This document shows, one piece after another, positions 11,924-20,000 of a DNA stretch of 20,000 nt. The notes beneath the pieces are model-generated. The model saw only the letters and a list, made by a program, of their open reading frames with translations. It did no database searches and had not been told where the DNA came from. The position numbers and the translations under genes were made by a program. Position 1 is the first letter of the stretch. Every line of letters begins with the position of its first letter. Location of the stretch: the NCBI GenBank assembly GCA_000165425.1, contig CT867987.1:292802-312801 (forward strand), in the 5' to 3' direction. The DNA comes from Paramecium tetraurelia (taxonomy: Eukaryota).

Positions 11924-13763
11924 ATGGGAAATAAGTAAATCAATTAATTTTCCTAAGAACAGTAAAACCTTAATAAAGAAATGTAAATACCTTCATATGT
12001 TTCATTATAGAACAACAGAAAAATAAGAGATTTCAATTTATGAGGATAATGTTTGGGATTGTTATCATTCTCGTTTTTGTAGAACTAAATTTTAAATTAA
12101 CTAAAGTTCTAAACAAGAAATCTAATATTCAACAATTGAAGGATTAGTCCTTAGAATGTAAATGTTCTTATACTTAATTAAAGCGATTAAATAACAGATA
12201 TATCAGACAAGCCAGAAATATTAACTAACTTAGAACAGATTAAATACCTAAATTGGCTAGGAGAATATGGAGATAATTTAAAGAAGGTTGGCAAATGGAT
12301 TGCAAAATGGAAGGGAGAGATTTTGAAAGGTGTAGGTGGATGTTACTCTGAAAAAGGTGATGGATAAAAGTTAGGGTTATGGAAGGAATTAATTAAGAAT
12401 TATTGGAGGTAGTTTTTATTGATAATTGTTATAATTAAGCAAGGCTTAAGTGTACGAAATAGGAGAATACTGCGATGGTTAAAGAACAGGAAAATGGATA
12501 TATATGTATAAAAATCAAGAGATGTATGATTTGTGTTTATATTTTTGTAGTGGTGGCGGATTTTATAACAAATCAGGTGAAAAAATTGGTAAATGGATTG
12601 TAATAAATGATGCTTTTTGGGAGTATTTGATTACATAATTCATTATTTAATTAAATTAGGTAAAGTTATGTCATTTTCAGTGGCTAATATGAAAAAGGTA
12701 AAAAAGTAGGTTTATGGGATACATATTACAATAATAATTGTGGAGAATAATAGACCTAATTGATGTATTATATTAATAACTGTAATTATAGGGGAACTGG
12801 AGTATATGATGAACAAGGTAGTAAGGTTGGAAAATGGGAAGAAATGAGTGAAGGATCTTGGAGGTAACCTAACTTTTCCTACTATTAATTTTAGAAGGAG
12901 ATTAATAAATATAGTTGGAAACTATAAAAAGGAATAAAAAGTTGGTAGTTGGGATACTTATTGGACTTGGGATAAACAAATTATCAAAATGTAAATGTCA
13001 TAATATGCGATATCTTATTCATATTATTAGTGGCGGTGGAAATTATGACGAAAATGGAGGTAATGTTAAAGTAGGGAAATGGATTGATTTGAATGATGGT
13101 TTTAGAAGGTATAGAATTTACTTAAATTGTTACTTTAGTGATTATTAAGTGATATTTGAAGGTGATTATAAGTTTGGGACTAAAGTTGGTTTATGGCTTA
13201 CGTATTGGAGATGGAATCATATTTCTACATTTGAAAAGATGTAAATATTAATTTTACATTGCTCCTTACTAGTGGTGGAGGGACATATGATATTAAAGAA
13301 ACTAATAAAAAAATAGGATATTGGATTGAGTAAGGTGATAATTTCAGATCGTAATTTAAAAATATCATTCTCTTAGTGATGCATAAGTCATAACCTTTGA
13401 GGGTGACTATCAAAATGATAAAAAAGTTGGCAGATGGAATTATTATTGGAGAGAAAATATATAAAAGAATTATGAATAGATGTAGTAAATAAAGACTTAT
13501 GTTAATAGTGGAGGTGGGTACTATGATAAATAAGGGAATAATTTAAAGATTGGTAAATGGATTGAGGTGAGCAATAAATTTTTTAAGTAAATTTAGAATG
13601 TATTATTAGAAAGTCTAAAGTCATTTACAAGGGAACATATAAAAATAATAAAAAGGTTGGGACCTGGGATGAGATAAAAATAGATGATAATAAGAGGGGT
13701 AAATTAAGGGAGTTGTAAGAATTCACTAAATTTAGTACTTTCCTAGATTATCATGAATTATGA
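11924..13763 (+). CDS. MORN-variant-like (K.GKW / G.Y..GKK.G.W) repeat protein, ~477 aa, with 13-14 tiny introns
   Basis: ATG 11924 (MGNKQ), TGA 13761-13763. Introns: 11983-12010, 12158-12183, 12409-12439, 12524-12550, 12623-12659, 12765-12791, 12864-12894, 12991-13030, 13109-13138, 13241-13272, 13351-13376, 13482-13508, 13587-13609, and possibly 13715-13735. Removing all 14 (406 nt) leaves a 1434-nt frame with no internal TGA. Repeats include GGGNYDENGGNVKVGKWIDLNDGF and QVIFEGDYKFGTKVGLW. Confidence 0.9.
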
Positions 13764-14908
13764 AAAAAAGACAAATAGAATTTGATATTTTTGTGAATTA
13801 TATAACTTAAACCACATAGTTTAATTTAACATATTACTTCAATTTAATTAACTTTCAGATTAAGTTTAAAGAAAATTCTAAATAGAAATCAAATTATGGA
13901 TTTATTTAATCTTATATAAACAAGAACAGCAAAACAAGACGTTTGTCTCTTTGTTGTCATTTTCAGTTTTCAAATTAATTAGTTTAATGAATACTAACCT
14001 ATTGATTTAAGAAATAAAGTCTAAGTGTTTATTTGGTTATTTATAAGATTTTGAAAATACTTAATGATAAGTAACAAAGTAATAATGTAAAGTAATTATA
14101 GAGGAGACAAGTTTATTTCAATTTATGTAAAATATAATAGAATTTAAATAATTCGAGCATTCAAACTAAATCATCAATGAATAGTCAAATTATAACGTTA
14201 TTATAGGTTAATTATAAAAAAGATAAATATAATTCTGATTTTGAAAAATCATTAATCAATTTATCAAATCTCAATTTTAGAATGTTTAGTAGTTAACTTT
14301 TAGAAATTAATTTGGTGTGAAAGATTCAGAATTTTTAATATATCAGTAATGGCAAGAATACATATAATTTAATTATAAAATTTGACTAGAAAAGTTAAAC
14401 TGAGCCATTATATATTCGAATAAATGTAGTCATAATAAGGGATAGCTCAGAAACATAAAAATTCTCTATCACGGTAATTACAATTAGAAATTAACAATTT
14501 TTGCATCCCTCATTACGTAGTTTATAAACTTCATATGAATTAATAACAAGGAGGGATTGTAATAAGCAGATGATTAAATGTGATTGTTTTCTCAAAAAAT
14601 TCTAAAAATTATCCTTACTCAACCTTTGAAATCAAGATAGTGAATAGTTATTTATTAATACTCATAAATGAAATATCATAATTAAATATACATGTTTAAT
14701 AATTAATGAGAATTCAAAGAATTCAATTGTATAATTCTTCATTTTGCATTTATTAAAATGAATTGTAAATCTATTGTAATTAAATTAATTATTTCTTATA
14801 ATATATATTACAATACAAATAGGTGATTATAGAATTTGTTTCTGCGTTGTGCATTTGCCTTATTAAAGCAACCTTTTCAATACTTCTTATTATTAAATCT
14901 TATAATAA

Positions 14909-15892
14909 ATGTCACAAACAAATTATCCAACTTTGAATTACACAAACCAGTAAGCCCCATCATAATAGTTGTTTGATAATAGAAATTAAAATTTGAAATT
15001 TATACCCATAATAATTCCAACAGAAGGATAAAATTAATACCAACCATAATATTCATCCTAATAATAATATTGTCATAACTAAGTGACACCCAACTTGGCA
15101 TATTCAAATATTCAAGTTAATGAACAATTAATATTTCCTACACCAAATTTAATAAAGGATAAAGATTTTTCATAATAAAAACAGTTTCTCTTTTAAATTT
15201 TGGGAATATTTATATTATGGACAATTATTTCTGCTTTCCTTTATTATATATTGATGTTTAGTGTGTTCGGTATATTTAGGATAAGTGGAATCTATTTAGT
15301 TGTGGCAATCGCTTCTCTCGTATGTATTGGATTTCTGATTAAATTTGGAATTGACTAAAAGTAGAGAAAGGTAATAACTATATGAAATTGTAGTCGCAAT
15401 AAATTTTACTCGTACTATTGGGACTTATTTTTTGCTATACATTATTTTACATCGGGCTATTATACTTTCTATTGATTTCAGTACACAATTATTGGACATG
15501 TAAAATTCTTATATCATTTCTAGCTGTGCTGGTATATTTTGTATTCCAATGTTTGATATGTTGTAATTTTATTACGAACTTCATAATATTAATCTATCTT
15601 CTTTTTGAAAATACTAAAATAAGAGTGATTTGTAAATTAAATAAATTATATGTAGATGTTTGCTTAATAGAATTTACCATAATTGCCATAATGGGAATCA
15701 TCTACTTACCATTCTTCTATTTGCTTATTGCAGTCTTACCTTATCCTATTTGTATTTTGAATGCCTTCAAGCAAATTCTAAAAGGAAGAGTAAACATTTT
15801 ATTATATAATCTAGTTTAATTTATAATAAGATGAAGTAGTTGCAGCATCAATCGCAGCATTTTATGGCATGTTTGTTATCTGTGAAGATTGA
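14909..15892 (+). CDS. Polytopic membrane protein (~295 aa), divergent TMBIM/Bax-inhibitor-1 (Lifeguard)-like
   Basis: ATG 14909 (MSQTNYPTLNYTNQQAP..., Q/P/Y-rich N-tail), then KQFLFQILGIFILW and about 6-7 hydrophobic segments. C-terminus KQILKGRFNLQQDEVVAASIAAFYGMFVICED* (TGA 15890-15892) resembles the Lifeguard-type 'Q.I.GG...L..EEY..AA..LY.D' end. Introns 15371-15393 and 15790-15814 restore the frame; 15500-15523 and 15632-15655 are in-frame and probable. Overlaps track ORF 15418-15819. Confidence 0.75.
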
Positions 15893-16015
15893 ATTTAATA
15901 TAATTAATAAATTTTAATATTAATTACTATAATTATTCAGAAAACTCTGTCTATTTAATTAAATTGAGTATATTCACTAATTTTATTGATCTTTTCTTTA
16001 ATTATATACTATTGA

Positions 16016-16366
16016 CTGAAACTTTTATTGCAAAATGCAATCGGATTCATTGATATAAATGAGATTAAAAAATTAATTCATCCCCCAATAATTGTTGAGA
16101 AGATAATGACAATAGTATGCATTTTATTGGACCCCATATTCAAGAAAAGTGGAAATGTAAATTGGACAGCTTGCTTAAAGATAATTAAAAATGCATTCTT
16201 TATATTCCAACTAAAAAATTTAGATTAAAATTTGCTCTAAGATATCTACTCAATATCAGCAGAATAAGTTTAAAGAGTCTCAACTGCATGCCTTTCATTT
16301 TATTTATATATTAGAGCTGTTGTAGCTATCAAAAGAATCTAATTGTATTAAATAAAAAGTTATTGA
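16016..16366 (+). pseudogene. Isolated fragment resembling the dynein heavy-chain stalk microtubule-binding domain; no start codon upstream of the domain
   Basis: Code-6 frame LKLLLQNAIGFIDINEIKKLIHPPIIVEKIMTIVCILLDP...VNWTACLKIIKNAFFIFQLKNLDQNLLQDIYSISAEQVQRVSTACLSFYLYIRAVV...* follows the dynein MTBD pattern (D..E.K....PP..V..VM..VC.LL...W...K......F...L..FD...V...S.AC..L..W..A). An in-frame TGA at 16013-16015 sits immediately upstream, with no ATG or nearby AG acceptor. Confidence 0.6.
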
Positions 16367-16554
16367 GAAATTGATAAAAAGAGACTAAAAAGCTGTGATG
16401 CGACTTTAAAGAATGAATGACTGATGAAGAGCATTCAAAATAAATTTAAAAATTAATAAAATTATAATATATAAATTATGATATACATTGTTCTGCTATA
16501 AATTCGATTAACTGTTCTCAAATAAAAGCATAAATAAAAGTGATAAAAATAAAA

Positions 16555-17400
16555 ATGGTGGAATGATGAATATTGCATTATCAAAATTCTAAATTGGCAT
16601 TACATATTATATGAGAAATGAAGTTGAGGTTTCAATAGATATATTTTTCATTAAAAATATTGGTAACATTTTAATCTTGAATTATATTAATTAGAGGGAT
16701 TTACAGTTTAGATCTTTGATTGAAAAGAGCAAAACTAATTTCAGAAGTCATAATTATGATAACATAAGTATAATAGAAATGCTTAATTCAAACTGTGATG
16801 AGAAGAATGCCCTGCTGAAACTTCAAAACTTTTAAAAACTGGAAATCCTATGATGTTAATTTTTGATAATAGAAAATATTTAAACGAAATTGAATATGAT
16901 TTAATTTTCTAAAAGAAAATAGCATTAAACTGAATTCAAGAAATATAAAAGTCACCTAAGTAGAATGAAAGTATGAAGTATAACGAGTGAAAAACAGCAA
17001 CAGAAAGAGTTACGAGGATCTATTTAGGTATTAGGGAAAAATATTTGAAGAGATGAAAATAGGTATCAAAATAATCAACTTAAAAATTAGAAAGCAGAAA
17101 TTATTAAGAAACAACAAGTACATAAATATTAAAATTAGTTAATTTAAAATTCGCCATCCTAACAGGTAGGAAGATCCTCTTCATCTGTAACCAAAATTAA
17201 AAATCAGTATACGTTTTTGGATGAAACTTGAAGTCATTAGATCATCTCGTTTCAACTGACAATTTTTTTCCATCAACGCTTGTTGCGGAAGGTTACTCTT
17301 AGGGATGATTTCAACCTAATTTGAGTATCCAATCTGAGGTCGGTGTAAGGTCATTCTCATTGGAAGGATTTTACAAAGACCTCTTAATTCAATAAAATTT
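16555..17400 (+). mobile_element. Degenerate ORF relic followed by a structured 3' segment (unit A); putative retroelement-type remnant
   Basis: Purine-rich, coding-like + strand with every frame interrupted by TGA. Followed by three adjacent hairpins at 17268-17383 and then an AT/A-rich tract. No RT or transposase motif recognised. Confidence 0.35.
17268..17383 (+). other. Cluster of three tandem predicted RNA hairpins
   Basis: H1: TTCC-at-CAAC-gctt-GTTG-c-GGAA (17268-17290). H2: GG-t-TACTC-TTAGG..11 nt..CCTAA-ttt-GAGTA-t-CC (17291-17330). H3: GAGGTC-gg-TGTAAGGTC-a-TTCT-catt-GGAA-g-GATTTTACA-aa-GACCTC (17336-17383). G-U pairs in H3 form only in the + strand transcript. Confidence 0.6.
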
Positions 17401-17459
17401 TAATTTCTGAGATCTAAAACAAACTACAATATTTACTTAGAAAAAAAAATATTGTAATT

Positions 17460-18730
17460 CAGGATTTGGTACATTTTTACCAATTAAGATAAAGGAATAT
17501 GAGAGAGTAGGACATTAATGACAATTTTTATTCTTTTAAAAAGACACTTAGGAAGAAGAAGAAAACATAGAGAGAATGACCCATTTGTGGATGTACAAAG
17601 TAAGTGTTTGAAACTAAGAATATCAAATGAGAACATGGTCTCAGCATTACGATTATTTTTTTACTCTTGTGAGTGAGTGGATATATAATTTGAAATATTA
17701 AAATTAAAATGCTCAGAAACCATCAGATTGTGCAGCCAGACATTAACTTAAAGGATTCCTCAACATAAATTATAAAGAATAAATTACTTGTTACGTAGAC
17801 ATCAATTAACTTAGACATTGGGTAGGTCTAGAATCGAAATGGTGAACATTAGAATAATTTGGATTAATATTTTTTATAAGCGGCTGAAGAATGATTGGAA
17901 TATTGAAGGATATGATCTTTTGAAGGAGATTAAGGTTTTTAAAGAAAATTTTAGAGAATTCAACAAGATGCTGCCAAAACATAGGAAGAAATGGCCAAAT
18001 TGAATACATATGTTTGTTGAAGGGCCTTGAATAAATTAATTTAATAAACAGAAATCTGATGTTAATTCATGAGTATAGCAAAATATAATCCCTTGTAATC
18101 CATTCCACCATCCTGAAAACTTCCAGTTTTACCAGTGGGCTATTAGAATATTCATTTGATGTATCTAAAAATGAGGCTTATAATAGATTAGCTAGATGAT
18201 AGAATTTATGAAAAAGACTCCTAGAAAGACTTTTTTCTACATTATAATCGTATCAAAAAATAATCCATTGTAACAATAGAATTAATACAACTTCTTAGTG
18301 AAATGAGAATGATAAAAAAACCTGTTTCCAGTTTGGAAATCAGCACTTAATGAGATTTACCTGAAAAATGTTTTCAATCTAAATTCAGCCAGACAATAAT
18401 TTATTGGTTATCCAAATTAAGAAAAGATTATTTCGATCTACTTTAAATACTAAATTTATGAAGAATAAAATTGATCAATTTGAAATAAGTATCTGTTGCT
18501 TGTTCACATAACCATTAAAGTAACATCCTCTGTGCTCAAGAACATTTATCCATTACTCCTTTGCGCTTAAGATTAATCTGCCTCTGAAAGAGACCCAGAT
18601 AATTCCATCAGGCAGGATGTTAGTCCGGCACTGACAGAGTAGGAAGGCCATACCATCTCCTTTTTGCTTGGACTCCAACTCCAAGTTGTCTCTGTAGCCA
18701 CCAGACAAAACAGCTTAAGTGTAAATACTT
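17460..18730 (+). mobile_element. Degenerate ORF relic followed by a structured 3' segment (unit B); putative retroelement-type remnant
   Basis: Coding-like + strand (includes track ORF 17818-18003) with repeated in-frame TGA and no clear tiny introns. Ends in a 45% GC multi-branched structure (18560-18725), then an AT-rich tract. No RT motif recognised. Confidence 0.35.
18560..18725 (+). ncRNA. Predicted 166-nt multi-branched structured RNA element (ncRNA or cis-acting 3' element) of unknown family
   Basis: 12-bp closing stem TTTGCGCTTAAG (18560-18571) / CTTAAGTGTAAA (18714-18725) with 2 G-U pairs. It encloses hairpins ATCTG-c-CTCT-gaa-AGAG-acc-CAGAT (18576-18600), TGTTAGT-ccggc-ACTGACA (18618-18636), CTTGGA-ctccaac-TCCAAG (18667-18685) and TTGTCT-11nt-AGACAA (18686-18708). 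75/166 G+C by hand count. Confidence 0.55.
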
Positions 18731-18953
18731 AAATTCTTAAAATTATATATTTATTTACTCTAAATTATACAAAAGAAAATCAATTGGTGATTTTAAATAT
18801 TTATTTTAATAATAAATCATCTTGCTGTATATTATATAAATAACAATTAATATCTTACTATCTTAAATTTAGTAGCTTTTACTAATGTAGATGATGCTTA
18901 ACTTAGTAGACCTTAATTGTTCTAACAGATCTCATAAATTTATATAATAATAA

Positions 18954-20000
18954 TCATAATTCTGTATACTTTCTTATTTAGATTTCTTTTGATCCAATAT
19001 CCCATGTTATCAAATACTCTCCATCATTGCTTAATTATCCAAAAACATCATGGCAATCGAACTCAATAGATTATTAAAGTACAAATTCACCATTTTCTTA
19101 CTCTCTCATTAAATTAACATTCTTGCCATTCTTATTTACTAAGAGACATTTAGACTTTACGTAAGATTATGGAAAAAAGATTTCATCTTAATTTAAACTA
19201 CAATTTACTGCTATTTCTTTAGCCATTCTGTACTGTTTGTTATTAATATCCAATTGATAAACTTACATTTTTCCTTTACAAAAGGGTTAAAAGGTAAATA
19301 CATTATTATTAATAAAACATAATCTATACCCATATAAATTTAATTATATCTTTTATGATACACTCCATTTTCTTTCCAACTAACACTCTTCAATTACTAA
19401 TATGAATTCTTTTGAACATGAAATCAACTTATCCTGTTGCTCATTAAAGCTCAATGAAGTTACCCCATCATTATGTTCAGATATAGTTTAAGAACATAAC
19501 CATAAATTTTATTTCGTCCAAAATTTTATAGTTGAATCCTGACTACTAGAAATAATGAGATCATCAGTATTATTCAATAATACACTTTATATAAAAGAAG
19601 AATGTGCATTTAATTTGAATTAACAAATCCATTAGTCATTTCCTATCATCTCCCAAATGATTATTAAATTTTCAAAGCCTCCTGATATAAAATTATTTGT
19701 CTTATTCATAAAATTTAAAGTGAACACAATGTCTTGATGCTCGCTTATTAATTATATTTGATTCAATTTTCCTTATTGAAGTTGAAATACTTTCATTTCC
19801 GAATTACATCCTGCTAGCACAATTGAGTTATCCTTATTAAAAGCAATAGCATAGCATGTTTCGTCTTATATAATTGAATCTTAATCTATGAGTTCAAAGG
19901 TGAATTAGTTTAAACCTCTTTATGATCTCTTTTCTAAATTTTAAAGTTCAGATTGAGGATCTTGAGTTTGCAAAAAGCACTCCCGCGTCGACACACACCT
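18954..20000 (-). CDS. WD40-repeat beta-propeller protein, 3' part (349 codons in window); 5' end lies beyond the right edge
   Basis: Intron-free code-6 frame from 20000 to TGA at 18956-18954: ...CYAIAFNKDNSIVLAGC...EHQDIVFTLNFMNKTNNFISGGFENLIIIW...AHSSFIQSVLLNNTDDLIISSSQDSTIKFW...EHNDGVTSLSFNEQQDKLISCS...FGQLSNDGEYLITWDIGSKEIQIRKYTEL*. Confidence 0.92.

Noticed and set aside
12915..13148. Track ORF on the + strand (77 aa) as an independent gene
   Set aside because: It is a chimera of an out-of-frame exon, unspliced introns and one true exon of the 11924-13763 gene.
13225..13413. Track ORF on the - strand (62 aa)
   Set aside because: Antisense shadow of the well-supported + strand MORN-like repeat gene.
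17806..18009. Track ORF on the - strand (67 aa)
   Set aside because: No recognisable motifs; composition and the polarity of the downstream RNA structure favour the + strand.
17229..18725. SECIS elements explaining the in-frame TGAs as selenocysteine
   Set aside because: Neither hairpin cluster shows the AUGA/GA quartet with an 11-12 bp helix and apical AA, and the TGA contexts lack redox (CxxU-type) motifs.
1..20000. Prokaryotic features (CRISPR array, operons, IS elements) and telomeric repeats
   Set aside because: The genetic code and tiny spliceosomal introns show ciliate nuclear DNA. No repeat-spacer array or G3T3/G4T2 tract was seen.

Overview
AT-rich ciliate DNA, most likely Paramecium and apparently macronuclear. 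Evidence: long frames open only if TAA/TAG encode Gln (translation table 6), genes end in TGA, and introns are tiny (21-40 nt) GTA...AG. The supplied ORF track uses standard stop codons, so it fragments every gene; I translated by hand in code 6. Genes found: (1) the 5' ~7.1 kb of a giant Cys-rich/beta-helix surface-type protein (- strand, runs off the left edge); (2) a possible decayed protein-kinase relic; (3) a small secreted discoidin/F5-8C-like gene with an insert that fits both an intron and an IES; (4) a MORN-like repeat gene with 13-14 tiny introns, all phase 2; (5) a divergent TMBIM/Bax-inhibitor-1-like membrane protein; (6) a start-less fragment resembling the dynein microtubule-binding stalk; (7) two tandem TGA-interrupted ORF relics, each followed by a GC-enriched multi-hairpin segment, possibly retroelement-type 3' ends; and (8) the 3' part of a WD40 gene (- strand, enters from the right edge). 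All family assignments come from motif recognition, not database searches.
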